The notes below the pieces were generated by a model that was not told where the DNA came from, searched no databases, and saw only the letters and a list, made by a program, of their open reading frames with translations. Positions 13,958 through 27,631 of a DNA stretch of 64,000 nt are shown here, one piece after another. Position 1 is the first letter of the stretch; every line of letters begins with the position of its first letter. Origin of the DNA: Eledone cirrhosa (lineage: Eukaryota); assembly GCA_964016885.1 (NCBI GenBank), contig OZ024740.1, forward strand, positions 366,234,001-366,298,000, written 5' to 3'. Position numbers and translations under genes: made by a program.

Positions 13958-15402
13958 TTTAACATATATAATTATTATTGTTATTATTTATTATTATTAT
14001 GTTATTTATTTATGTTCATACAAGGAACAAAGGTGTTACCCAAGTCCAAATTTGACCAAACCTTTATTCTCTCCAACGTCGCCGTGAGCGCTACATTATT
14101 TGCATGATGTGGAAAATATTCCATCAGCTTTGCCCAAATGATATTTGTTTCAGTTGCTGAATACAATCAGGGGTCGCTGCTTCTCCTGAAGGTCAATAGT
14201 TCTCTTCTAACTCGAGCGGAAGCGCTTTTTCATTGTCAATTTGCATTGACCATCTGCAAAGCCGCATTGTTCTCAGAACCACTACACCAGTCTTTCGGTG
14301 CATGCAGCTGGAACTACTGCCACCCATTGATTTGGCAGGATTTTTTTTTGTTTCTTTTTTTAGATGGCCGTTGACTCTTATGAGTTCTTCCGCCCTTTGT
14401 CATGTTTTGTTTTTTGTCCTGCAGGGTGTCCAAAATCACCCTCCTCTACAAGTAAATTTGGTGGGGTTGCTGGTTTAGTTGCCGATGACCTGACCATGCA
14501 ACAGTTTGTACTGGGTTACATGCTGGGTTACCAGTAGCATGCGAGAGTGACTTGACATAATGTGTGTGTAAGTAGAGGAAAATATGTTTATATATGTGCA
14601 TGTTTCCACATACAGAAGGTTGTTAGATGCAAACTATTTTTTACAACTTGCAGTGTTTGGGACATTTTGAAGAGCTGTGCCACAAACAAAGAGATTCTTG
14701 TCACTGTTGGTGACTCACCTTACTGATATATCAGGTAATGTTCATGAAGGTGCTTGGTCATTCCAGCATCTTAACTGTTATCACCTGCTTGCTTAAAAAA
14801 TTGTGAGAAATTCCAGCATGCCTTGTTGTTGCTTGTAATTAAGTGTGACTTCTACCTACTTTGTTTTGTTTTTTTTGTTTTTTTTCTGTCTCTGATTATT
14901 TTCTTATGGAACGTTCTTAATCTTTTGATAATTCATGTAAATAAGATGCTTGACCAATTAAAAGAAAATGATGCCCATCAAAGTTTTTTATAATGGAACA
15001 ACTTAGTGTTTTGCTATTTATAAAGACTGTAGCCAAAAATATTTAATCTTAGTTTGTGTAATGTTTTGGCATAAAACTCTAGATCCATGAGTAACTACTC
15101 AGCTAACAAAATTAGCAATCAAACATATATACACTCTACTCTATGTAATGAGATATGTTTATCCCAATCTATGTCTCACTCTTTTTCTCTTTTTCACTCT
15201 CTATATAGTAATTGGATAAGCTATTGACTTCCAATCTATTAAAGATAACTGGGGGAAAATGTTTTGTGCACATGAGTGTATAATAGAAATTCAATACATC
15301 TCTAATCACTTTTCAAAATAAAAATCTAAAAAATGGAATTACTGAAAAGATGATCATATAAAAAATGTCAAGTGTAAAACTTTGAAATGATACAGAATAC
15401 AA

Positions 15403-15745
15403 TCATCATCATCATCATCATCATCATCAACGTTTAACGTCCGTGTTCCACGCTTGCATGGGTTTGGACGGGGGTTTTCCCACTTGAGGCAAGAGTGATT
15501 ATCTTGCTCGCATAGGACTGTCTGGCGGGTCTTCTACAGCTGGATGCCCTTCCTAACACCAACCACATTTACAGTGTGGGGCTGGGAGGTTTTTACCGTG
15601 TTGCCTACACGGCCACATTACAGTGTGGACTGTCTGGCAGGTTTTCTACAGCTGGATGCCCTTCCTAACACCAACCACATTTACAGTGTGGGGCTGGGAG
15701 GTTTTTACCGTGTTGCCTACACGACCACATTACAGCGTGGACTGT
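15403..15745 (-). mobile_element. (GAT)n-tailed SINE-like family 2 with internal duplication
   Basis: (cat)n-tttaacgtccgtgttccacgcttgcatgggtt tail and ctacagctggatgcccttcctaacaccaacc core; related copies at about 16606-16860, 17820-18290, 32040-32620, 36190-36435, 39730-40130, 41520-41860, 45826-46222 and 48040-48830. Confidence 0.8.
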
Positions 15746-18700
15746 GTCTACACATTGTGTTGAGAATATATTTTTCAAATTCCACATATTATTAGACAGG
15801 TATTCTCTCCAAGCAGTAGTATAGATTATGGGTGAGGAAGATAAATCCATCTCAGGTGACACTGTTGGGTCTATTTTATAAACTGTATTATCTGTGGGGA
15901 GTAGGGCAGCAGCAAACTCAAGTGCTGCCCCAGGTGGCACACACTCTAGCAACACTAATGTATCCAAGCAGAGATTTATTTTGATATAAGCAAATTGAAG
16001 TCAAGCACATGCTATTACTAATGCTTTGGAGTTTTCGAGACATTTTATTGGATCAAAATTCACTTAAGATTTTAAACATGGCACTTTCAAATTAAATCAT
16101 CTCATCCTATTACAAGAACTCTCCAATTTTCTTTTAGTTTCATCCCACAAATACTAAGTTTCTGTATTCTTCCTGAGAGGAAAAAGAGAAAAGAAAAAAA
16201 GGAAAAGAAAAATAACCATAAATGCTTTTACTTCATCCAGCACAGAATAACCTAACATGACCTGCATATACAATGAGGGGAACAAATATTGATCTGCCAG
16301 AAAATAACATGAAAAATAGACATGGTAGCTTACAATTTGGTTATTGGATACCAAAGTCATTTGATTTGTAACCTAAAAATAAGAACTTAAGGCCACAGGT
16401 AAATAACTAACACTTAAGTGTTATTAAGACTTAAGGAAGTTTAACAGAAAAAGAATATAAATGAAAGGAATATGTTGGTATATTTGTAAGGAAGATGCAG
16501 GCCCTTGGCCCATCTATGAAGTCAGTGGCGCTGATAAAGTGCTGACTTAGTCTGTGATGACCTGTCTAATTCTTGCTTGCAGGGAAAGTGGATATTAGAT
16601 CATGATAGTCATCATCATTATCATCGTTTAACGTCCACTTTCCACGCTAGCATGGGTTAGATGGGTTGTCCCATTTAAGGCAAGTTGGATCAGGTGACCG
16701 TGTCTTGCTCATATAAAACTGTTTCAGGCAAGATTTCTACAGCTGGATGCCCTTCCTAATGCTAACCACATTTGCAGTGTGGGCTGAGTGCTTTTTGTCA
16801 TGAAACCTACACGATCACCTTACATTGTGGGCTGGGTGATTTTTGTTGTGACACCTACACAATAATAATCATGAGAGTCAGAAGTTAATGTTTTCTTTTT
16901 TTAATATTTAATTAGAGGAAGAAAGTTGTCACTTTGGTATTTACAGGTCCTCCCATAATCTTTAAATCGGTGCAGTTGAAGTGCAGCTTGAGATTCTGTA
17001 TGTTGGTGCTTACAGGGAAAAACAAGGAAAAGTTAAGCCTCTACAACCAGTTGGAAATAATTGCCAAAGTTTTTCAAATACACCCCCATAGATACATTGA
17101 TCAATGTAGTCCCTGATCTACTAAAAAATGGGACGGTCACAGCTAGAACACCTTTTATAATAATCAGGGCTGCTCAGGTGTTAAATAACAATTTTTGTTT
17201 ACATTTTACTTGTCTCTATTTACCATTGGAAGGGAGTGAAATGACATTTGTTAGAATGTCAAATAGAATGCTTTGCAGTGTTTGTTCTAGCTCCCCACTC
17301 TCTGAGATTAAATCTTGCTTTGTTTTTCATGTTTTTGAGGTAGATAAAAACAAGTACCAGTCCAGTACTAGGATCGTTTCTCCCTCTATACTTCTTCCTC
17401 CCTTCCTCTCTATCACTCTCTCTCCTCATTCAGAAATTGACTATGTTCAGACCTGTAGAAGGATGAGAATCACCAGGTTAAAACGCCCAGAATATACCTT
17501 GTCACATTGGTGCCCCTATGACTCCATCAAGAGTTAAGAGTATATACATACATTTACCACTGACCACTTTCTCTTTTCACCGAATAGAGAAGAAATAAAC
17601 ATTGTATATTTCTTTTGTCCAATTTGTACCATTGCTGGGAACATCCAACCTCAAAATAATTAGAGATTTGCTGCTTTATATTAAGGCTATAAACATAGAG
17701 TAAGTTCATTGTTGTTTTTGTTGTTTAACACCTAACTAGGCATGATTTTAGAAGGACTATTATCAAAGAGCACATCAGTTGCGACTGCCCCACCTTTTAT
17801 TCAAACTTAGTGTATCAAAATCATTATCATTAATGTCTATTTTTCATACTTGCATGGGTTAGAAGGCTTTCACATCATGAAGGTAGACTGGTCAGGTGAC
17901 CAGATCTTGCTCATATGATACATTTTTGGCTTGGTTTTCTATGACTGGATGCCTTCTCTTAATGCCAACCACATTTCAGCATGCATTGGGAGCACATTTT
18001 GTAGCACCTGCACTACTACCTTTCAGGATGGACTGGGTGCCTTTTGTTGTTGCACCAGTACAAACACCATATATGGTGGACTCATTGCTTTTTTGTTGTG
18101 GCACCAATATGACCACCTCACAGGTGGACTCTGTGCTTTTTGTCATGGTAGCAGCACAACCACCTTAGAGGGTGGACTGAGTACTTTTTGTCATGGCACT
18201 GTATGACAACCTTACAAGATGGAAATGGGTGCTTTTTGAATTAGCACCTATACAACTATCTTACAGAGTGGACTGGGTGCTTTTTGCTACATATCTTGAA
18301 CTAAATTATCCTTTTATATAGTAACTATACATCTTTTTAAAAACTGTAAGATTTGGCTGTTATCTCTAGCCAATTAAGGAATCACATAGAAGCTATGTTT
18401 GTCTTTATTCATTATTATTATTATTTTTAAATTAAACACCAATCAATCACTAAATAAATAAGATACTTTTCTGATGTTTTTCTTGAGACACATCACAAAG
18501 ATCATTAGATAATTAAGAAAGTATTCAGTGTGTAGTAATTACTAATCAGGAAATTCACAAAGCAACAACAAAACCATATTGTTTTGCAAGAAAACAAACT
18601 ATTTTTGTTTGGAAATCAATTAATGTTACAAATATAAACTAAATGTATAACAAAGTTTTCACATCAAACTTGAAGATTTTTATTTCTTTTTTTGTTTATT

Positions 18701-19249
18701 TTTTCTTTTTAATGTTGGGAGGAAAGGCAAGCCAAGGACAAGATGAGGGGGAAAATACAGATAATAGGGCAAAATAGTAAAGTTTGTCATGGGGTATTCT
18801 AAGCTAACCCCTGTTTTAGCAGGGAAAATGGCCTTAAAATGCTTGTGCTATTGTTTAGCTAAAAGACTTCAGTGAGAGATAGATGGTTGAAATGATACAC
18901 CTTTTTTTAATGACTTAATTAGAGTGAAAAATCACACAGGGACACATGCTGCATGAAAAAAAAAATTGCAAAGTAAACACTAACTTACTGAAATATTAAT
19001 TAATTATACACTTCTAGTGAGGAGAGAATAAAATAAATCATTTCTTTAATGAGTAACTTTGGTCAAGAAAGGCAAAGGAGTGCCACTATATTTCCCCTTG
19101 AAAGCCATCACACTTTTGTATGTTTACTGTGCTTACAACATCATAAAAAATGTGTAGATTTGAGAGCTGGAGACAGCTTTGTTCTACGTACTGTATTCCT
19201 ATAAATCATATAGTACACATTCTTTAACAACAGGCTAGGTATTTGTATG

Positions 19250-19678
19250 TATGTACTCTTATGATCAGTGTATTCTGTTGACTGTCACTTATGGATTAAA
19301 AACCTGCAACCTAATGAAAGGGCAAACTCTAAAGCTATGGACAATGCAAAGAGCCCACAAAAGGATCACGCTAAACATCACAGGGCTAGATCAAAAAGAC
19401 ACTAAATGGATCTGAGAAGAAACAAAAGTTCACAACAAAATGAAAGTGGGCAGAACACATTGCCAGATCAACTGAGAACTGATGAACCACTTGTGTCAAC
19501 TTCTGAACCTCATGAGGACATACAAAAAACCAAGGCCGGTAGACCCCAGGTGGCGAGATGACCTTAAGAAAATTAAAAAGTTTTTAGCCATGAATGGCTC
19601 AGGATTGGCAAAGATGGCACAACTCGGGAGGACCAATGTTCAACAAAGGACTTTCCATGGCTGAAGATAAAGATGAAC
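19250..19678 (+). pseudogene. decayed RTE LINE 3' end
   Basis: Remnants of Y.QC.L...TYG, TMQRA, KWA.HIAR and RP..RWRDDL motifs; degenerate (GAT)-like tail. Confidence 0.65.
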
Positions 19679-19997
19679 TTTTAACACCTGGTGGAGTCAT
19701 ATTAGAGCCATCATGACTTACAACATGTCATAGGCATTTTAAACCTGGTAGAGCCCATCCCCTCTTTAGGTCTGAATATGGCCACTTTCTTTCAGAGAAG
19801 GATAGAGAGATGAAGTGAGAAAGAAATATAGAGGAATAATCGACCCCCAGTACTGGAATAGCACTTTATTTATTAACCTAAAAAAAAAGAAAGGTAAAGT
19901 TAACCTTGGTGTAATTTGAACTTAGAGAGCCAGAACAAATACCACAAAACATTCAATCCAATATTCTAATGACTCTGCCAATTCACTGCTTTTTATA

Positions 19998-20850
19998 GCA
20001 CTTGACACTCTTGCAAATAAACCAGATCCACAACCTAGCATTGCTGGAGTTCCCATCAGTCATGCAACCAACTATTATGTTTCAGGAAAGACATCCTTTT
20101 GCAAAGAAACTATATACAACTTCATATATGTCTTCTCATCTTGTTCTGATCTCTACAGACTGACAAACAAAAAAATATTCTTTAAAATTTGAATCCTTTA
20201 CATATTTTATGTATAGAATCAGTTAGGTATCTGGCACTTGTCTGGGCTCATCAAATTGGATAAAAAGTACCCTCTTTGATTTTCAAAATTCCTTTATATT
20301 TTATATCATCTGGCATGTTAGGTATTCTTTGATAAACACTATCATTTGAATGGCAAAATATTCTGTGTGTTTGCAGCAATTTCTCCCAACACGCAGTCAA
20401 CAATATCTTTGCGGCATGGCAAGATCAGCATGTCAGCAATTGTGTAAGGGTCTTAGCAATTCTTAAGTAGCACATATGCTCACTTTATTTTGTTGATACA
20501 TATGCCCACACTGATCAAGCTGCATATATATCAGATTAAATTCCTTCTGCATGAAATACAATTCTTCTTTGCTGGATCACAATGATTAGTTGAAAAATGT
20601 TGATTCAGAAAGCATGATTTTATTGAATGGTTTGATAGAACTTTATGCTACACAACACATTGTAGGGAATATTTCCATTCCTTTTTACATTAACGAAGTC
20701 AAATTTGATGCCTGAGTCACTATATAATTTGATTTTATAAGATGTTATAAATAATTGACGTGAAAAAGAAAATATTTTAGTAGATAGTTGGCTGAATACA
20801 CAAATAGTTACTTCAAACTGACCAAGGTGTATTAAAATGATATACTTCAT
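19998..20850 (-). pseudogene. hAT (Charlie/Buster-like) transposase fragment
   Basis: Minus strand, across frameshifts: PYTIADMLILPCRKDIVDCVLGE, NDSVYQRI, FIQFDE, EDIYEVV, TDG.PAMLG. Confidence 0.75.
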
Positions 20851-21399
20851 TAAACTTTTTAAAAAGTGTTGCTTTCAATCAATTCAATGCAATTTTCAAT
20901 AAAATACGCATAAGAGTTTGAAAGTACTTACGAAAAATGTAAATTTTCTAGGTGCACAAAATTTGTTGGCATCTGATGCGAAAAATAAATTGGCAGAGGA
21001 AGTTATCAATAAGAAAAATAACTATGAGTGAATCAATTTATAGTATAATGTTTAGCGATGATGCTTGCTAACTGTATGCCAGGTTTTAAAGATATGAGTT
21101 GCAGTTAGTTGGTTCTGATGATTACTACAAAATTCCAGTGTTCTTACAAACTTTGGAATTTCTCTAATGAATACATGTAACCTAATTTGAGAATTCTTGA
21201 CTTAAAACTTTCAATTACCAAAATCCAAATACAATATAACTGAAGTCATTATGAACTACATATATTCATTTGCTACATTTCTTAATCCCATGGGAATTCA
21301 ATGCTTTCTCTTAATTTACTGGTTCATCACCATTTAACATCCATTTTCCATGCTAGTAAGAGTTGAACACAAATTTATATACATACATGTCCTTGTTTG

Positions 21400-22325
21400 G
21401 TACCATTAGTCACCATCAGAGTTTATAGATGCTTCCATTCTATAATGGAAGGATAGTATGATGTCAAGCATTTTCTTCGGTATACCAAGTTTTTGAAGGA
21501 TGATCCACAATTATCAAATGCCTTAGTGAGGTAAACAAAGGTAACAAAGAGTTACTTTCCATATCTATAGATTTCTTTTGCAGTTATCTCAAACTAAATA
21601 CCATATCAACAGTACCTCATCCTGATCTAAAACCCCACTGTGACTCAGGTAGCACAGATTTTTTGCCAAAGAAATGTTTAGGCAGTTCAAGATAACCTGA
21701 GCAAGTATGTTTCTTGCAACAGACAAGAGATATTTCCCTATGGTTATCACATACATATCTGTTACCCTTGTTTTTGTAAAGGTGTTCAATTTAGACATCT
21801 TTAAACTGCTGTGGTACAGAACCTCTCTCGCATTCGCATGTAAAGAACTCAGAGTTTTGTTACCAAAATTTGATCCCAATACTCATATACTTCAGCTGCC
21901 ACACCACCATCACCTGATGGGAGTTTTAATTGATATGTATTGCAATACAGGCTGCTGGGAAAGATTGTTAATAATATCCATATTAACATTTAAGTCTCTA
22001 TGCAGAACACTTGATAAGTGTTCAGCTCACCTTTTGGTTATGTCATGCTTGTCGGTTAATAATTAGTGATGAGACATAGATATTAAAAATGAACAATACC
22101 ATTGTTTTCCTATTTTCATGCAAAGGTCATAAGCCTATCATTGATACCTATAGGAAGTGATTCAAGTTGTTTTACTAAATCACTTCTAATAACAAATCCA
22201 ACACCAGATTCCCTTTTTACATCAGGCAATTTACCTATCCAGTAAACGGTATAACTTCCTTCTATCTCTTTTAATTGGCCACTTCCTACAAATTTAGTTT
22301 CTGAAAGAGCAGAGATGAGCATCTA
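21400..22325 (-). pseudogene. RTE/BovB-like LINE fragments (AP endonuclease and RT)
   Basis: ALSET...GVGFVIRSDLVKQLESLPIGINDRLMT (22116-22322); VLPESQWGFRSG*GTVDMVF and FVYLTKAFD (21520-21660). Confidence 0.8.
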
Positions 22326-22441
22326 GGTGCAAGGCAGACTTTCTTTAAACAGCGTGAATAGAAACCTAGCATGGGTAATGCCTTAGAAGCATATACCATC
22401 TCTCTCTTCCTCTCTATGCTAACCACCAGATTGACCATTCT

Positions 22442-22700
22442 TTAGCCATCATCGGAATTTTCCACTTCTATATCTTCCAGCAGGTTATCAATGTGGTTTC
22501 TTTTCCTTCGTCCCCTGTTTGTGTACCCATCTGATGGTTCCCATAGAACAAGATCACTTACTATCTCCCTATAATGACGAACACGGTGACCTGCAAGTGT
22601 CATTCTTTTCTGCCTTATCTTTTCCGTTAATTGTGGAAACTGCTGATATAATTCTTTGTGCATAATTGTGTATAATCTTGTGACTAATTCCCCCAGTGGA
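22442..22700 (-). pseudogene. RTE/RTEX-like LINE C-terminal fragment
   Basis: KELYQQFPQLTEKIRQKRMTLAGHRVRH...LVLWEP...RGR...IDNLLED. Confidence 0.7.
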
Positions 22701-23929
22701 GAGGATTTCAAAGGAAACACTTAAGGCATCCAACTGGGCTATTTTATTGGAATAAAGGTAGCGATTAGTGGCGACCTTAGAGTTATTGTTTCCTCCCCCA
22801 ACAACCAAACCCCAACCTAGACTCTACTCACCACCTCATGCTATCACAAAAACCACATATCTTGTTCTTCTCTGAAACATCAATCTGTCACCTCTTATTT
22901 ATGGCCCATTTCTGCTAGCTAGTCCCCATCTCTGCTCTATAGGCAACACTCCTTGTCAAACATTAGTGTCTCTCCATGTAGATTCCAATCTTCTTGTCAT
23001 TTACTTACCCAGTAAGAGTTCCTAGATATCAACAACAAAGACTTCCACCAGTTATGGCTGAATGTTTTGCTTCCACATGTTTTCAAATATATCTTCTTTG
23101 AACACCTCCTGCCACCACAACCCTTCAATGATATCTCATCATCATTTATCTCCTCTTTGAAGTAGTAGATCTCATTCTCATCTCACATCCGATACTGATA
23201 CTATTGGTGCAAAAACTTAATCATTTATAATCGCTACCTCTCTCCAATATTTAGTTTCATCCTCTACACACGTCTATAACCCCCACATAGACACACTAAA
23301 CACCATTGATCTCTCTTATATCAAACCTCATCCTTTACAAAGTCATTACCATCTCTGCATTTAACAGATTGTCAGATTAATGCTTTATCAATGCTGCACA
23401 ATACAAATTCAGATATTGCATAAATATTGTCTCTACTTCAGTCACAAGGCCAGCCATTTTAGGGAGGGGAAAGTCGATTAAATTGACCACAGTGCATTAC
23501 TGGAGCTTTATTTTATCGATCCCATAAGGATGAAAGACAAAGCTAACTGTGGCTGGATGGAACTCAGAACATAAAGAGCCATAACTCTCTGCCACAAAGC
23601 AGGGTGTCTGATGCTCTACTAATTCTGCCAATGCACTGCCCTCAATATTAACAACATATCCTGGAACTTATGGCAGTTCAAGCCAGTTAACTTGGTCAGT
23701 GATCTGCTAACAATCAATGGCAGTGAATGTGCTTTACCTCTGATCAAGCTAAACAGGAGATTACAATGTCTGGGAATAAAAAAAAACCACTCTTATCAAA
23801 TAGATGGACTTAACCCATCATCCAGGGTACTGGATGGCACTGCCCCTCTACTTTTCAGTGGTGTATTATCAGATTTAGAAAAAAATAGTGATATGCTTAT
23901 TCTGAAACTCCATCTAAGAATTATTGCAA

Positions 23930-24123
23930 ATTAGAGTGCTCAACAAGTCTACCATTAGAGTACTCAACAAGTCTACCATTAGAGGGCTAAACAAGTCTAC
24001 CATTAGAGTGCACAACAAGTCTACCATTAGAGTGCACAACAAGTGTACCATTAGAGGGCTCAACAAGTCTACCATTAGCGGGCTCAACAAGTCTACCATT
24101 AAAGTGCACAACAAGTCTACCAT
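23930..24123. repeat. 24-bp minisatellite, about 8 copies
   Basis: Unit attagagtgctcaacaagtctacc repeated head-to-tail with few substitutions and no unique spacers. Confidence 0.95.
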
Positions 24124-24988
24124 CACCACAACTGCTGCAAAACCTTCATTTGAAATTCAAAAGATGACATCATGCATTGCACACACAATAAGCTTCTTTG
24201 CTTCCTAAACTACAGCTAGTCCTTCTGCTCCTTATCAGAACAATTTATTTCCAGCTTTCTGGTATCTTTATACTGTCAAATTCTTATTCAAGATACTCAT
24301 GTAAGCAGTACTTCAACAAAGAAAGACTATGTTTACTACCAGCTTTCCATAGCAGTGAAGACTTGAATATAAAGAACTGAAGAAAGGAAAAAGATGAATT
24401 AAAGAATTTAAAAATTGAAGGATTTATGAATTGAAGGATTGAAGAATTTAAGAATTATGGAAGAAGATTGGAAGAATAAGACAAATCAAAGAATTGAAGG
24501 ATAAGAAAGCTTGAAGAAAAATTAATGTATTGAAATAGAAATGGAAAGAAGTGAAGAAAATGAACAATTGAAGAAGAAAAAAAAATGGAGGAAATTGTTC
24601 TTGCTTGTGTGCAGTGTCATATGATTAATATAGCCTATTTTTGAATAGAAAACATATTCATAGCTCTTCAGGTTATCAAGCATGTTGAGTATGGTACTTT
24701 TAGGAAAGGCACGAGCGTTTTTAGTTTGACATATTCAATCTGCATCCTTTCTTAACAGAATGCCTCTAATCATTCTGATTTACTGCTAGCTCTTCCTAAT
24801 AACTCACATTTATCTCTTTTGTGTGTGTTGGTAGGTAGGTGGGTTATGCAATCCTTATCTTCTTTTTAGTTTTGTTTCTGTAGAAGTTTTCCAATTTCTA
24901 GTTCACCATAGAAAAGTTGTTTTGGGAGTCATCATTCATTGTTCATTTTCACAACATACCCTCCCCAAGGTGTCTGCCATATGATATA

Positions 24989-24989
<1 letters not shown>

Positions 24990-25019
<30 letters not shown>

Positions 25020-25115
25020 TGTATGTATGTATGTATGTATGGATGGATGGATGGATGGATGGATGGATGGATGGATGTATCTATGTATGTATGTATGGAT
25101 GGATGGATGCATGCA
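24990..25115. repeat. (TATG)n/(GATG)n tetranucleotide microsatellite
   Basis: Direct inspection. Confidence 0.95.
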
Positions 25116-25618
25116 TGAATGTTCTTTTGGCTTTATTATTTTAAAAAAGGGGTGGTGGATTGGCTGTATTGGTAGAGCGTTGGACAGTATGCTTTGCAGC
25201 ATCGAATTATGGCCCTTTACATTTAAATCTCGTCGAGGTTGGTTTTACCTTTCATCCTTACGGGAATGTACTGGAATTGATTTAATCGACTTTCCCCTCC
25301 GCCCTAAAATTTACTGGCCTTGAGCCTAAATCAGAAACCATTATTCTAAAAAAATTTCACCAATAAAGAGAAAGCCAATTTCTAATGCAGAAACAATACT
25401 CTTTCATTAGAATTTAGACAACATCAACTAGATAATTATGTTTGTATGCGTTTCTGTGTGTGCAAATAGATGTTAATGCATGTGTGGATCAGTATATTTT
25501 GAGTTATATGTGCATATATAACTCATTAGGATGATTTTAAATGAACGAAACAGTTCTAGATCTGTAGAAGTCATTTCTATGTAAAATACATACACACACA
25601 TGCATACCCACACATATA

Positions 25619-26798
25619 TTGGGTTGGACAGAAGGTTCCCACTGATTTTCAAAAGGGGTTATTTTAGTAGTTTTCCCGAAATGTTGAAGGTTGTGCATGC
25701 ACACATATATAGGATGAGATGTTGGTATGTACTAATTTTCAGTTACGCTGTCAAAGGGAAAGCAGCATTATTTATGGCTTGAAATCTGGCCTAAGTGCAG
25801 CAGCATTGAGTCGTCACATTAACAAGGCATTTGGGTCAAACACCATGTCTGAACGCCGTGCCAGAGACTGGTTCACATGCTTCCATTCTAGTGATTACAG
25901 CCTTGAAGATTGACCTCATGCAGGACATCCATCTGACTTCAATGACGAGCAACTGCATGAGCTGGTAGAAGCGGACCCATGCCAGACCTCATGTCAACTC
26001 TCCAAGTGTTTGGAGCATTGGAAACAATCATACTCTTTGCATGCAATAGTGAAGGTGTCCAAGGTGGACCAATGGATGCCTCACAATTTGACTGACTATA
26101 ATCATGAATGTCAAATGGCAGCTGTGACTTCTCTGCTCTCCTACCATCTCACAACCAGCTGGTTATGTTCCATTGCCACTGGTAATGACAAATAGTGTCT
26201 CTACATTAATGTCAAGCACAAGCAATCATGGATTGATAAAAAGAGTGTGCCATAATGACAAGCAAAGGCTGGCCTTCACCCTCATAAGGTCTGACCAAGT
26301 GTCTTGTGAGACTGGAAAGGTGTCATTCACTAAGAGCTGCTCCTACTGAACACCAGCATAACCTCTGACATCTATTGCCAACAACTTGACAGATTAGCTG
26401 CAAAAACCACTCTGGTTTTGTTTGATTCATCATCATAATGGTCAGCTGCATACATCAAGGATAAACTATGAGAAACAGCTGCTGGAGCTAGGTTGGGAGG
26501 TTCTGCCCCACCTGCCATATTCACTCAACCTCAAGCCTACAGACTATCCCCCTTTTTCTCTCAATGAGCAATGCAATAAAAGATTGTTAATGAAGACCAG
26601 TTAAATCAGCAACTGACAAAATTATTTGCATTGAAGCCAGGAGAGTTCTACAGGGATGGAATCACATGCCTTCTTAAAAGATGGTTCTCAGTAATTGCAA
26701 ATGCCGGTGATTATTTTGAATTGTAAAATTTTCCTAGTGTTAAAAAATGCCACAGTAATTAAAAATTTGAAAAATGGCAAGAACTTTCTGTCCAACCT

Positions 26799-26800
<2 letters not shown>
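25619..26800 (+). mobile_element. near full-length decayed mariner transposon
   Basis: TIRs TA|ttgggttggacagaaggttc ... gaactttctgtccaacctaa|TA; broken transposase motifs DWFTCFHSSDYSLED, WMPHNLT, IATGNDK, HHHNG, WEVLPHLPYSLNLKPTDY. Confidence 0.92.
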
Positions 26801-26869
<69 letters not shown>

Positions 26870-27089
26870 CGTTTCTGAATTTGTTTAGCAAGATTCTTTA
26901 TCTGAAATCGTGTGTTGAAACCGATATTGTTATACTTTGGGAAGGTCATGTTGCCAATAAGAAACACACGCACCAGTTGCTTTCACTTCAATTTATTATA
27001 TATTTATAAATTTATAAATTTACAAATCTACAAACTTATAAATTTCTGGTTGGTTGGTTGGTTCCACAACCAGATAGTTGTTTATATAT

Positions 27090-27134
27090 AGTCATAGTCC
27101 TTTCGTCACACACTCTGTGACCTCTTCAGTGACT
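27090..27134 (-). ncRNA. type I minimal hammerhead motif (left arm)
   Basis: Reverse complement of 29615-29659. Confidence 0.8.
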
Positions 27135-27631
27135 GGGGATTCCTTTCTTTGTTTCTGTGCCTTTCCTTTCTTCTGTCCTACGCCATTTTGTTTCTGTGTG
27201 TGTGTTGTGTGCTCAGTTTGCGCATGCGCCACATCCGGGTGTCTGTGTGTGTTTGTGTTCATTTATCTATTTGTTTATTTATTTACATGTTGTTGGTTGG
27301 TTGTTTGTTCTATGTGTGTGTGTGTTTTCATTTTGTCCTTAATTGTAAGTTGTGATGTTGCTGTTCCACTCATATTTTCTATTTCATTTTGGTTGTAATT
27401 CTTTTATGCTTACTGCCTCTGTAATTTGCCTAAACATTGCATCTTTTCTGTGTGTGGATTCTATTTTTATTTCTATGTTCTCTAATTTACCCTTGTGTTC
27501 TATCTTAGCATGTTGGTAGAGTACAGATGATTCTTTATTATCTTGAAGGTCTCGCCAGTGTTCATTTATCCATTCCCCTATACTACGAGCTGTCTCACCT
27601 ATGTACACTATATTTTTGTTTCTACATTGTC

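Noticed and set aside
14654-14733. Exon-like segment (ttgcag...cag/gtaatg)
   Set aside because: Stops in all three frames and no partner exons; cannot support a host gene without RNA data.
23930-24123. CRISPR-like repeat array
   Set aside because: The variable part is only a few related bases; it is a plain 24-bp minisatellite with no unique spacers and no cas genes, in eukaryotic-type DNA.
27078-27398. Identical 106-aa hydrophobic ORFs here and at 29351-29671
   Set aside because: Antisense reading of the A/C-rich PLE 3' UTR, duplicated by the inverted arms; no protein features.
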